A stretch of DNA of 64,000 nucleotides, from positions 1 to 64,000 of the forward strand of contig JBAMMA010000019.1 in the NCBI GenBank assembly GCA_039794005.1, written 5' to 3'. This stretch comes from Thermoplasmata archaeon (GTDB taxonomy: Archaea; Thermoplasmatota; Thermoplasmata; Thermoplasmatales; ARK-15). Positions 51,122 through 61,406 of this stretch are shown one piece after another (within the stretch, counting starts at the first letter, position 1; each line of letters opens with the position of its first letter). The notes under the pieces are model-generated. The model did not search any database and was not told the origin of the DNA. It saw only the letters and a list, made by a program, of their open reading frames with translations. The translations under genes were made by a program, and so were the position numbers.

Positions 51122-51495
51122 TCAAAATATTTATTCTTAAAAGCGTAAAAAACACCCAATAGAATTATTATTATATAAATTAGTGGAAATATTGTCATAA
51201 AAATTACGTTATTTTTATTAACATTATTGAAAGAAAATGCCCATGGGATTAGCATAACTACTGAAACATCAAAAACTGCGAATAGCAAAACTATAAAATA
51301 ATATTGTACATTAAAAGGTCCATAAGCATCTCCTATTGTTTTTTCACCGCATTCATAAGTATCATTTCTGGCGGGTTCTTTATTTTTATCCCTTTTAGGG
51401 GCAATTTTGTTGACTGCCCATAACATTAAAAAAACAGAAACTAAACCTACAAACCAGGTTATTCCAATGATGAGATAGCCTCCCATATCATTCAT
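51112..51495 (-). CDS. nuoA: Complex I-like subunit A
   Basis: YECG, QYY...LLF.VFD, PWA, final W; 3 TM. Confidence 0.92.
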   Translation of the reverse strand: MNDMGGYLIIGITWFVGLVSVFLMLWAVNKIAPKRDKNKEPARNDTYECGEKTIGDAYGPFNVQYYFIVLLFAVFDVSVVMLIPWAFSFNNVNKNNVIFMTIFPLIYIIIILLGVFYAFKNKYFEWR

Positions 51496-51589
51496 TGACT
51501 ATCACATTTACCATAAATACCGATACGTATTTTAAAATAACGATATTGAAAATAGAAAAATAGATATATATAGTAATATTTAAAAATGC

Positions 51590-52474
51590 ATGGAGCTAGT
51601 AAGAAAAGGTAAGGTAAAGGAAGTCTATGCATTGGGAGAAAAAGAGCTTCTTTTTGTATTTACAGACAACATATCTGTTTTTGACAAAATAATACCATCC
51701 AAGATTCCATATAAGGGTGCATCTTTAGCCAGAACATCTGCGCACTGGTTTAAAATAGTTTCAGATATGGGAATAAAAACACACTTCATTGAATTACCGG
51801 AAATGAATAAAATGAAGGTAAGGAGATTCCAAATAACAATGAAGGGAAAAAAGGATGGAAAGAATTTTCTCATACCACTTGAATTTATTACGAGATATTA
51901 TATTGCAGGATCGTTTCATGATAGAATTTTAAAGGGTAAAATAAACCCAGCAGAAATTGGAATAAAAAACGTAAAATATGGAGAACCTTTGCCACAGCCT
52001 TTTTTTGAAGTTACAACAAAATTTGAAGAATATGACAGACCTTTGAGTTTCGAGGAGGCCATGGAGATAGGAGGATTAAACAGGGAAGAACTTGATGATA
52101 TTAGGGAAAAGATACTGAAAATAGATGATGTCATTAACAAAGACGTAATGAAAAGGGGATTGTTGCATGTAGACGGTAAAAAAGAATGGGCATTAGATGA
52201 TGAAAGGGAGCCAGTATTGGTAGATACATTTGGAACAGCCGATGAAGATAGATTTTGGGATTTAGAAGAATACAAAAAAGGTAATTTTGTAGAATTGAGC
52301 AAAGAATTTGTAAGAAAATATTACAAAGACATTGGATACTATGATAAGCTCATGAAGGCAAGAGAAAAAGGTGAAAAAGAGCCAGATATACCTCCTTTAC
52401 CTGAAGACATGGTTAAAAAAACCAGTGAATTATACTTAATGTTATATGAAAAAATAACTGGAGAAAAATGGTAA
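51590..52474 (+). CDS. purC: SAICAR synthetase
   Basis: GKVKEVY, TDNISVFD, IPYKG, IPLEF..R.Y..GS, TTK, VDGKKE, DEDRFW, SKEFVR. Confidence 0.94.
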   Translation: MELVRKGKVKEVYALGEKELLFVFTDNISVFDKIIPSKIPYKGASLARTSAHWFKIVSDMGIKTHFIELPEMNKMKVRRFQITMKGKKDGKNFLIPLEFITRYYIAGSFHDRILKGKINPAEIGIKNVKYGEPLPQPFFEVTTKFEEYDRPLSFEEAMEIGGLNREELDDIREKILKIDDVINKDVMKRGLLHVDGKKEWALDDEREPVLVDTFGTADEDRFWDLEEYKKGNFVELSKEFVRKYYKDIGYYDKLMKAREKGEKEPDIPPLPEDMVKKTSELYLMLYEKITGEKW

Positions 52475-52487
52475 AAAATTTTAAAGA

Positions 52488-53375
52488 TTATTTTTTATTT
52501 TTATTTTTGTAAAATATTGCTGAAATGATTCCGATTACTACGATTACTGCAATGGCAACATAAATGTAATTCATATAATTAACTGGACTGTTGGAATAAA
52601 CCAATATAGAATTATTTGTGGCTATTGCATATCCTGGTGTTACTATTGTACTTGATGGGTCATAGATTATCTTTAAGGAATAATCGTTTAACGTGGCATT
52701 TAACAACAAGTATGATGATGTATTGTAATAAAATATTGTTGTGTTTGTTGATGGATTATATATTTTATTCCATTGACTCAATGGTTTTGAAAGGGCAGAG
52801 AAGTTGATTGTATCTATTTCATTATTGTTTATGAATTTAAATATAAATGACGATTTATCGTTCATATCTGAAAGTATGTCATTAAGATCATATTCCTCAT
52901 TGTTATAAGAAACGTCAAAATGTCCTTTAATATTTATTGACCTCCATGCCATGTCTATTTCTGTACCATTGCTTGTCTTGTTAAATATTCCCGTTAACCA
53001 TAGATCAATTGACGTATTTTTATATATTATCATTACTGTTGAGTTTGCGTGTTCGATCAAAGAGAATTTTATTGTCATGTTGCTTATTGAAACATTATGG
53101 TATCTAGATTTTATATATCCTTCCATGAATTTTATTGCCCAATCTGATGGTTTGTTAAACGTTAAGGAGAATGAAACATTGTATGATGTATTGATCAAGC
53201 TCTCTAGGCTACCATTTGGATATGTAAATACCAAAACTGCGACCGAATTTAGAGATATGTGAGCCATTTTTTTATCTGGATATAAATATATATTAAGATA
53301 TGATGCGTGGGATAATGGTATGAATGCCACTAAGCCAAGTATCATAACAACCAAATATGCAAATATCTTTTTCAT
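52488..53375 (-). CDS. Secreted, C-terminally anchored surface (glyco)protein of unknown function
   Basis: Signal peptide (..SHA), many N-x-S/T sequons, C-terminal TM and Lys tail. Confidence 0.75.
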   Translation of the reverse strand: MKKIFAYLVVMILGLVAFIPLSHASYLNIYLYPDKKMAHISLNSVAVLVFTYPNGSLESLINTSYNVSFSLTFNKPSDWAIKFMEGYIKSRYHNVSISNMTIKFSLIEHANSTVMIIYKNTSIDLWLTGIFNKTSNGTEIDMAWRSINIKGHFDVSYNNEEYDLNDILSDMNDKSSFIFKFINNNEIDTINFSALSKPLSQWNKIYNPSTNTTIFYYNTSSYLLLNATLNDYSLKIIYDPSSTIVTPGYAIATNNSILVYSNSPVNYMNYIYVAIAVIVVIGIISAIFYKNKNKK

Positions 53376-54441
53376 GATTTTTAAATCATTTGTTTTAATT
53401 TAAAAATTTTATGGTATACTCCGTATTGTTAAATACCTTTTTTATTAAATTTTAATTCTTTATATATATAATTAAAATTATAGTAATAAAAATGATCTAA
53501 AATTATACATCTTTTGTGAATATAGAAAAAAATAAAAGGATTTGTAAAAATACAACGATTTTTTTGGTAAATAGGGTTTTTATATTAAATAAATTGATGT
53601 TTTTTAATATAGAGAAAAATCTTGATCATGAAATGAAAATATAGGAAAACCATCTTAATATTCATAAAGTTATTCAAATTTATTAAAAAGTTAGGAAAAT
53701 AGGTATTTTCCATTCAGAAAGTTTGAATTGTTCGTTAATATACTATAAAAAATAATAGTCAACTTCATGCCTATTACATATGTTTAAATTTTAAAAGGAG
53801 TAAGAGCACTTTTCATATTAAATGGTGAAAAATAAACAGGAATGTAAAAATGATTTTCGATATTAATGAAAAATTAAACTTTAAAATCTTTGAAATATAA
53901 TATTTACATAAAAATTCAATTAATATTAATTTTTCATTATATATTAAGCACAAATAGAAATTACTATAATTTAATAATGTCTTTAAAATAAAAATTTCAA
54001 ACCATTAAGTTACAAATTATCGACTTCAAGGCAAATAATGTTCATAAATTTTGTTTTAAACATTCTTAATAAAATGATTGAAAAAATTTTTTGTTAACAA
54101 TGGAAATAATCTAATTTAAAATATGCATGTGAAAGGTAAAATTGATCATTTAACTATCTATTCTTGTTTTAAAGTAAACAATTCCTCAGCTCTATATATT
54201 TCCTCTATTAATTTTAATTATAAAAACATAGGTTTTGTAATGTTTATCATTTCTTGTATTGTTTAGTGTAATTTATCTGAAATAAGAAAATCATGAATTA
54301 CTAAATTCATCCTTTGAATAATAATCTTTTACAGCGAAATTCACCTTTCAAATGTTTTCTTAAAATTGTATTCAATTTCCAAAAGCGATTTTTTAAAAAT
54401 CTATTAAGTTAAAGATTTTAAAAATCATAGGAATCGTATTT
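53376..54441. other. 1.07-kb very AT-rich gene-free region
   Basis: No ORF of 60 aa or more in the track; by far the longest intergenic stretch in the window. Confidence 0.8.
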
Positions 54442-55440
54442 TCAAATATTATTTTTGAATAACAGCATTGCATCACCAAAACTGAAAAATCTATATTTAT
54501 TTTCAACTGCCACTTTATATGCATTCATAGTTCTCTCATAACCACCAAATGCTGTCACGAGCATAATAAGACTTGATTTAGGCATGTGAAAATTGGTAAT
54601 TATTGCATCTATACCACTTTGGAATTTATGACCTTCCATAATAAATAAATTTGTTTTAAATGTTCCCGGAAATACGATATTGTCTTTTGAAGAAGATTCC
54701 AATGCCCTGACAACGGTTGTTCCTACTGCAAATAATCGTCCCTTCCTACTGTTTATTTTTTCAGCTGTTTCTTCAGGAATATGATAATATTCTTCGTGTA
54801 ACGTCTTATTTACAATTTCTTCATATTCTAAATGTTTGAAAGTTGAGTATGATATATGCAATGTTAAATATTGAATATCCACACCTTTTTCTTTTATCTT
54901 TTTCAGTAATTCCTCAGTAAAATGTAAACCGGCAGTTGGTGCTGCTACAGAACCTTCTATAGCTGAGTAAACTGTTTGATACATCTCTGGATTTTTTATG
55001 TCTTTTTTAATATATGGAGGTGTAGGAATCCTCCCATATTTTTCTATAATCTTTTCAATATCGATACCAAAATCTACTTTTGCTATTCCTCCATTTTTTT
55101 CTAAAATTTTACCCTTGAATTCGTTTATTTCAATTGTAGTCCCCTCTTTTACATTTTTTCCTTTAACTAGAAAAACAGGATATTCTTTCTTTTCGATTAA
55201 AAGTAATTCCACCTTACCACCCGTGGATTTTTTACCAAATAATCTTGCTTTAATTACCTTTGAATTGTTTAATACCAATACATCCCCTTTCTCCATGTAG
55301 TTTATTATATCTTTGAATATTCTATGCTCAATATCATTACCTTTTAATACCATTAATTTACATTCATCTCTGGGATATACAGGTTCCTGTGCAATTAACT
55401 CCTTTGGAACGGAAAAATAATATTTTTCCAAAATATCCAT
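54442..55440 (-). CDS. queA: S-adenosylmethionine:tRNA ribosyltransferase-isomerase
   Basis: LIAQEP..PRD..KL, GDVLVLNNSKVIKARL, PPYI, YQTVY, GSVAAPTAGLHF, TLH, HEE, AVGTTVVRALE, TNFHMPKSSL, YRFFSFGDAM. Confidence 0.96.
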   Translation of the reverse strand: MDILEKYYFSVPKELIAQEPVYPRDECKLMVLKGNDIEHRIFKDIINYMEKGDVLVLNNSKVIKARLFGKKSTGGKVELLLIEKKEYPVFLVKGKNVKEGTTIEINEFKGKILEKNGGIAKVDFGIDIEKIIEKYGRIPTPPYIKKDIKNPEMYQTVYSAIEGSVAAPTAGLHFTEELLKKIKEKGVDIQYLTLHISYSTFKHLEYEEIVNKTLHEEYYHIPEETAEKINSRKGRLFAVGTTVVRALESSSKDNIVFPGTFKTNLFIMEGHKFQSGIDAIITNFHMPKSSLIMLVTAFGGYERTMNAYKVAVENKYRFFSFGDAMLLFKNNI

Positions 55441-55478
55441 GTAAAAAATTTAATATTTAGTTTATTTTAAATTTTTGG

Positions 55479-56456
55479 ATGGAATTCAAAAAAGTAAAAG
55501 ATTTGAAAATATCCGTTTTAGGACAGGGAACCTGGCAAGGTTCAATGAAAGGTTGGGGGAAAGATTATTCTGAAAAGGATTTCATAGAAAGTGTTAAAAA
55601 ATCAATTGAATTGGGCGTAAATTTCTTTGATACAGCAGAAATATATGGTAATGGATATTCAGAAAAATTGCTAGGTAAAGCAATATCAGGATACAACAGG
55701 GAAGATTTAATAATAGCAACTAAATTGGCCCCATTTAATATTGAAAATTGGGAAAAACATTTGGATAGAAGCCTAAAAAATTTAAATACCAAATATATAG
55801 ATATATATCAATTACATTGGCCTACTCCTTTTTATATCAATTTTAACAAATATTTAAAGGAAATGGAAAACGCAATCAAAAATGGTAAAATTAGATATAT
55901 TGGAGTTAGCAATTTTTATTTAAAAGACATAGAAAAATTGGAAGTCGATATTATATCAAACCAGATAAAATACAACATTTTAAAAAAGCAACTAAATGAT
56001 AATGAAATTGAGATTTTAAATAAAAAGAATATTTTAGTTATTGGATATTCTCCGTTGGAGATGGGATTACTTTCAGGCAAATATAATATTAATGAAAAAC
56101 CAAAGGGATATCTGAGAAAGAGAATTCCATACCTAAAAGGTGAAAATTTCAGAAAATTTAATGAAATTTTGACATTTTTAAAAGATCTTTCAAATAAATA
56201 TGATTATTCTTTGACTCAAATATCATTAAAATATTGCATATTGAAAAATGTTGTACCTATTTATGGAAGTAAAAACGGTAAACAGTCTGAAGATAATGCA
56301 CTTTCAATAAATGTACCGTTAAAGCCTGAAGATGTTAATAAAATAGATGAACTTGTATATTCTATGCATTTAAAGAATCTAGATGAAGATTGGTCTAAAT
56401 TAGCAAGAAATTTGCCTTTATTTATTCAAAAATTGACTTTGAAATATTTTATTTAA
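55479..56456 (+). CDS. Aldo/keto reductase
   Basis: LGQGTW, FFDTAEIYG.G.SE, IATK, SL..L...YIDIYQLHWP, IGVSNF, YSPL..GLLSGKY. Confidence 0.93.
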   Translation: MEFKKVKDLKISVLGQGTWQGSMKGWGKDYSEKDFIESVKKSIELGVNFFDTAEIYGNGYSEKLLGKAISGYNREDLIIATKLAPFNIENWEKHLDRSLKNLNTKYIDIYQLHWPTPFYINFNKYLKEMENAIKNGKIRYIGVSNFYLKDIEKLEVDIISNQIKYNILKKQLNDNEIEILNKKNILVIGYSPLEMGLLSGKYNINEKPKGYLRKRIPYLKGENFRKFNEILTFLKDLSNKYDYSLTQISLKYCILKNVVPIYGSKNGKQSEDNALSINVPLKPEDVNKIDELVYSMHLKNLDEDWSKLARNLPLFIQKLTLKYFI

Positions 56457-56578
56457 TTCTCTATCTCATGGGATTTAGATTTTAATTTTAAAAAAATATA
56501 TGATTATATATATTCTATATATCTGAAATAAAAAATTTTTAAATAAAATGGGATGATAACTAAATTGGTGTTTTTAGA

Positions 56579-57139
56579 ATGTTTGAAATTAGATTCCATG
56601 GAAGGGGAGGACAAGGAGCTGTTATAGCTTCTGAAATTCTTGCTACTGCAGCTTTTCTCGAGGGAAAATATGTTTCATCATTCCCATATTTTGGTGTAGA
56701 AAGAAGAGGTGCACCAGTTACAGCATTTACAAGAATAGACACAAAACCTATAAGGGCAAAGTACCAGATTTATAACCCAGACCATGTAGTCGTTCTGGAT
56801 CATTCTTTAATGAAACTTGTAAATGTTACGAGTGGATTAAAAAAGGATGGATTGATCTTAATAAACACCATAAAAGATCCATCATCGTTTAAAAATTTAA
56901 ACATAAAATATTTGGCAACTGTAAACGCTTCTGAAATTGCATTAAACCATAGCCTTGGTTCCCATTCTGCACCTATTGTTAATACTGCGATATTAGGAGC
57001 GTACGCGAAAACCAGTGGACTGGTAAAAATAGATTCCATTAAAAAAGCTATCGAGGAAAATTTGAGTGGATTTATAGATGAAAATAAGGCCGCTGCTCAG
57101 GAGGCTTATGAAATGGTGAGGGTGATTACAAATGAATGA
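56579..57139 (+). CDS. porG: Pyruvate/2-ketoisovalerate:ferredoxin oxidoreductase gamma subunit
   Basis: [33 protein letters not shown]. Confidence 0.93.
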   Translation: MFEIRFHGRGGQGAVIASEILATAAFLEGKYVSSFPYFGVERRGAPVTAFTRIDTKPIRAKYQIYNPDHVVVLDHSLMKLVNVTSGLKKDGLILINTIKDPSSFKNLNIKYLATVNASEIALNHSLGSHSAPIVNTAILGAYAKTSGLVKIDSIKKAIEENLSGFIDENKAAAQEAYEMVRVITNE

Positions 57140-57446
57140 TGATTTTCCAACACCAATAACCACAAAACCGAGTACTTTTAATAAGACTGGAACGTGGAGA
57201 ACTTTTAGGCCTGTAATATATTATGATAAATGTATTAGATGCATGATTTGCTGGAAATTCTGCCCAGAACCTGCAATAATAATTGTAAATGCTGAAAAGT
57301 ATACGGCACCCAGAGATGCAATAAAGAAACTGGATGCTCCTGAAATAAATTACGACTATTGTAAAGGGTGTGGCATATGCGCAAACGAATGTCCAACAAA
57401 GGCAATTGATATGGTATTTGAGGAATCATTGGAGGAGAGAGAATGA
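57132..57446 (+). CDS. porD: 2-oxoacid:ferredoxin oxidoreductase delta subunit
   Basis: [35 protein letters not shown]. Confidence 0.93.
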   Translation: MNDDFPTPITTKPSTFNKTGTWRTFRPVIYYDKCIRCMICWKFCPEPAIIIVNAEKYTAPRDAIKKLDAPEINYDYCKGCGICANECPTKAIDMVFEESLEERE

Positions 57447-58624
57447 AGTTGATGTTAACCGGAAATTATGCCGCAGCTTATGGAGCCAAATTATCAGATG
57501 TAAAAGTCGTGGCAGCATATCCAATAACTCCTCAAACTACAATTATTGAAAAGATTGCAGAGATGATAGCAAATGGCGAATTTTCAGGAAAATATATAAG
57601 GGTAGAAAGTGAACATTCGGCTATGGCTGCATGTATTGCAGCTGAGAATACAGGAGTTCGAACATTTACAGCCACATCATCACACGGTTTAGCATTGATG
57701 CATGAATTGCTACATTGGGCTTCTGGGGCAAGATTGCCGATAGTTATGAGTGTTGTCAACAGGGCATTAGGCCCACCCTGGTCAATATGGAGCGATCAAC
57801 AAGACACAATTTCCCAAAGGGATACAGGCTGGATGCAGATATACACTGAAAATAATCAAGAAGTTTTAGATAGCATTATCATGGCATACAAAGTTGCGGA
57901 AAATGAAAATGTATTGTTACCCATGATGGTTATTGAGGATGCCTTCATATTGTCTCATACAATGGAACCTGTTGATATCCCAGACCAAAAAGATGTTGAT
58001 GATTTCTTACCAGATTATAATCCCAAATACTATTTAGATACTAAAAATCCAATGGGTTTTGGTTCATTAATAATGCCCGAAGGTCCATTCCAAGAATTTA
58101 AATACAAAGGATATAAGGCCATGAAAAATGCAATTGATATAATAAATACCGTTGATAAAGAATTCGGCAAAAAATTCGGAAGAAGTTATGGTGGAGTAGT
58201 TGAAAGATATAGAATGGATGATGCGAATTTTGCCTTGGTAATAATGGGTTCAATTGCATCTACTGCAAAGGATGTTGTTGATAAATTAAGGGATGAAGGA
58301 TTAAATGTTGGTCTTTTAAGGATAAGATCATTTAGACCCTTCCCAGCAGATATAATAAAGGAAACATTATCAAATCTAAAAGGAATTGGTGTGTTTGATA
58401 GATCATATACATTTGGAAATGGGGGAGCTTTATACAACGAGGTTAGAAATGCAATGTATGGCAGAAATATATTCATAAAGGGGTATGTTGGTGGATTAGG
58501 TGGCAGGGATATAACACCCAGCATTATTGAAAAGATATACATGGATATTATAGAAAATTATGAAAAAGGAGCTGACGGAGGATATGAATGGGTAGGGTTG
58601 ATTGGTGATAGGAGGTGGGAATAA
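57443..58624 (+). CDS. porA: 2-oxoacid:ferredoxin oxidoreductase alpha subunit (POR/VOR type)
   Basis: AYPITPQT, VESEHSA, TATSSHGL, NRALGPP, RSFRPFP, GLGGRD. Confidence 0.92.
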   Translation: MKLMLTGNYAAAYGAKLSDVKVVAAYPITPQTTIIEKIAEMIANGEFSGKYIRVESEHSAMAACIAAENTGVRTFTATSSHGLALMHELLHWASGARLPIVMSVVNRALGPPWSIWSDQQDTISQRDTGWMQIYTENNQEVLDSIIMAYKVAENENVLLPMMVIEDAFILSHTMEPVDIPDQKDVDDFLPDYNPKYYLDTKNPMGFGSLIMPEGPFQEFKYKGYKAMKNAIDIINTVDKEFGKKFGRSYGGVVERYRMDDANFALVIMGSIASTAKDVVDKLRDEGLNVGLLRIRSFRPFPADIIKETLSNLKGIGVFDRSYTFGNGGALYNEVRNAMYGRNIFIKGYVGGLGGRDITPSIIEKIYMDIIENYEKGADGGYEWVGLIGDRRWE

Positions 58625-59536
58625 ATGAAAAATTTAACTATTCCTGAAGAAGAATATATATTTCCTGGCCATACCGCATGTTTAGGTTGTGGTGCAACAA
58701 TAGCAATGAGATATACCTTAAAAGCATTAGGTAAAGATACGATTATAACAATACCCGCAGGATGCTGGGCAGTTATCCCGGGGGTATATCCAAGCAGAAC
58801 CCTTGACGTTCCTCTTTTATATACAGCATTTGAAGTTACTGGGGCTGCAATATCAGGGATTAGAGAGGCATTAAATGCTATCGGAAAGGATAATGTTAAT
58901 GTTGTAGGATTTGCGGGGGACGGCGGGACGGCAGATATTGGGATACAAAGCTTAAGTGGTGCAGTAGAAAGAAATGAGAATGTATTCTATATAATGTACG
59001 ACAACGAAGCATATATGAATACGGGTATACAAAGATCATCATCAACGCCAAAGGGTGCATGGACAACGACTACACAGGTTGGAAAGATCAGGGATTGGAA
59101 AAAAGAAAAAAAGAAAAATTTAGTTGAAATTATGGTTGCACATAACATTCCCTATGCTGCAACAGCTTCTATTGCATTTCCAGAGGATTATATTAATAAA
59201 TTGAACAAAGCCAAAAATATCAAAGGACCGAAATTCTTCCATGTATATGCTACTTGTCCAACTGGTTGGAGGATTTCACCTGCAAAAACAATTGAAATTG
59301 CAAGAATGGCAGTTGAATCAAATGTATTCCCACTTTATGAGGTGGATCATGGAATATACAATATAACGTATAGGCCAAAGAAAACCGTTAGTGTAAAAGA
59401 TTATTTAATGGCCCAGGGTAGATTTAGGCATTTAACTGATGAAGAAATTAAAGAAATAGAGAGGGAGGTTATGAATGATTGGAATTTATTACAGCAAAAG
59501 GAAAGCTTCACAAAATCCCTGAAAAAGGTGGAATAA
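58625..59536 (+). CDS. porB: 2-oxoacid:ferredoxin oxidoreductase beta subunit (TPP-binding)
   Basis: GHTACLGCG, GC, GDGGTADIG, DNEAYMNTGIQRS, CPTGW. Confidence 0.93.
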   Translation: MKNLTIPEEEYIFPGHTACLGCGATIAMRYTLKALGKDTIITIPAGCWAVIPGVYPSRTLDVPLLYTAFEVTGAAISGIREALNAIGKDNVNVVGFAGDGGTADIGIQSLSGAVERNENVFYIMYDNEAYMNTGIQRSSSTPKGAWTTTTQVGKIRDWKKEKKKNLVEIMVAHNIPYAATASIAFPEDYINKLNKAKNIKGPKFFHVYATCPTGWRISPAKTIEIARMAVESNVFPLYEVDHGIYNITYRPKKTVSVKDYLMAQGRFRHLTDEEIKEIEREVMNDWNLLQQKESFTKSLKKVE

Positions 59537-59537
59537 A

Positions 59538-61406
59538 ATGGGCAAATATGATGTAATTTTGGGTAATGAGGGTGAAAAACATTTTCTTTTGGGTAATGAG
59601 GCAATAGTGAGAGGTCTAATTGAAGCCGGTGTTGGTATAGCTACAACCTATCCCGGAACACCTTCAAGTGAGATAGGGGATGTGTTGTCAAACATCGCAA
59701 AGGATATTGGTATATATTTTGAATATTCTACAAATGAAAAGGTAGCATTGGAAGTTGCCGCAGCCTCAGCTGCATCGGGTATTAGATCATTTGTTTTCAT
59801 GAAGCATGTTGGTTTAAATGTTGCATCTGATGCTTTCATGTCAATATCATTTACAGGGACAAGGGCGGGTCTTGTAATAATGACGGGCGATGACCCTTCA
59901 ATGTTTTCATCTCAAAATGAGCAGGACAACAGAAATTATGCAGAATTTGCATATGTACCATTAATAGAACCATCAAACCCACAGGAAGCAAAAGATTTTT
60001 TGATATATGCATTTAATCTATCTGAAAAATACGAAAAACCTGTATTGTTTAGGACCACCACAAGGGTAAGCCACCAAAGGGCGAATGTAATATATGGTAA
60101 AAAAAGGGAAATAACGAAAATAGGGAAATTTGAAAAAAATCCTGATAGATTCGTTTTGTTGCCATCAAATGCCTATAGGGCAAAAAATGAGGTAATTAAA
60201 AAATTGGAGGATTTAAAAAAGGAGTCTGAAATTTCACCCTTAAATGTTGAAATAAATAATAATTCAGAATATGGAATAATAACAAGTGGCGCAACTTACA
60301 ACTATATCATGGATGCCTTTAATATATTGAATATAAAATTGGATATATTAAAACTAGGATTTTCCTATCCACCCCCATATCAAAAAATTGAAAATTTTCT
60401 AAAAAAGCATAAAGAAATTTTAATAGCTGAGGAGGTGGACCCATTTATTGAAAAACATGTAAGAATAGTGGCACAAATGAAAAACATAAATGTACCAATA
60501 CATGGTAAATTTGATGGATATGTCGAATTTAGCTATGAGCAAAATCCAGATAGAATTGTTAAATCAATATCAAAGTTGTTAAATATTGAATATAAGGAAT
60601 CAAAAAATAACAATATTAATAATCTTCCACCTAGGCCTCCGGTACTATGTCCAGGATGTCCTCATAGGGCTACATTTTACGCTGTTAAACTCGTTACAAA
60701 GCAATTGAGAATGGGTGATGTTATATATCCAAGTGATATAGGTTGTTACACGCTTGGTATTCAACCCCCTTATAACGAGGCTGATTATCTATTGTGCATG
60801 GGATCTTCGGTTGGAACTGGAGGTGGCTTTTCAATATCAACAAAACAAAAGATAATATCTTTTATAGGGGATTCTACATTTTTCCATGCTGGGATTCCAG
60901 GTTTGATAAATGCAGTCCATAACAATCATAAATTTTTACTCATAATTTTGGATAATAGAACAACTGCAATGACAGGACATCAGCCAAATCCAGGAGTTCC
61001 ATTCAATGGAATGAGGGAGCCAGCTAAGGAGATAGATATTGAAACTCTCGTAAAGGCCATCGGAGTTGAATATGTTAAAACTGTGGATCCTTACGATTTG
61101 AAAAATACGATAATTGCAATAAGGGAAGCTCTTCAAAGAGATGGTTTATCAGTTATAATATCCAAGAGGGAATGTGCCCTTTTAAGAGATGCAGAAATGA
61201 TTAAGCTAGGCAAATGGGTAAGATATCAGGTAAATCAAGATAAATGTACAAAATGCATGAATTGCATCCTTAATTATTCATGCCCGGCATTTTACCTTGA
61301 TCCTGAAGGTAGGGTTATGATCGACCCTGTTTTATGCGATGGATGTGGTGTCTGTTCACTTCCCCAGGTATGTGGATTTAAGGCAATAGAGAAGGTGGAA
61401 GAATGA
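59538..61406 (+). CDS. iorA: Indolepyruvate:ferredoxin oxidoreductase alpha subunit
   Basis: LLGNEAIVRG, YPGTPSSE, NEKVALE, MKHVGLNVA.D, SSQNEQD, RPPVLCPGCPH, DIGCY, GDSTFFH, C-terminal ferredoxin domain. Confidence 0.95.
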   Translation: MGKYDVILGNEGEKHFLLGNEAIVRGLIEAGVGIATTYPGTPSSEIGDVLSNIAKDIGIYFEYSTNEKVALEVAAASAASGIRSFVFMKHVGLNVASDAFMSISFTGTRAGLVIMTGDDPSMFSSQNEQDNRNYAEFAYVPLIEPSNPQEAKDFLIYAFNLSEKYEKPVLFRTTTRVSHQRANVIYGKKREITKIGKFEKNPDRFVLLPSNAYRAKNEVIKKLEDLKKESEISPLNVEINNNSEYGIITSGATYNYIMDAFNILNIKLDILKLGFSYPPPYQKIENFLKKHKEILIAEEVDPFIEKHVRIVAQMKNINVPIHGKFDGYVEFSYEQNPDRIVKSISKLLNIEYKESKNNNINNLPPRPPVLCPGCPHRATFYAVKLVTKQLRMGDVIYPSDIGCYTLGIQPPYNEADYLLCMGSSVGTGGGFSISTKQKIISFIGDSTFFHAGIPGLINAVHNNHKFLLIILDNRTTAMTGHQPNPGVPFNGMREPAKEIDIETLVKAIGVEYVKTVDPYDLKNTIIAIREALQRDGLSVIISKRECALLRDAEMIKLGKWVRYQVNQDKCTKCMNCILNYSCPAFYLDPEGRVMIDPVLCDGCGVCSLPQVCGFKAIEKVEE

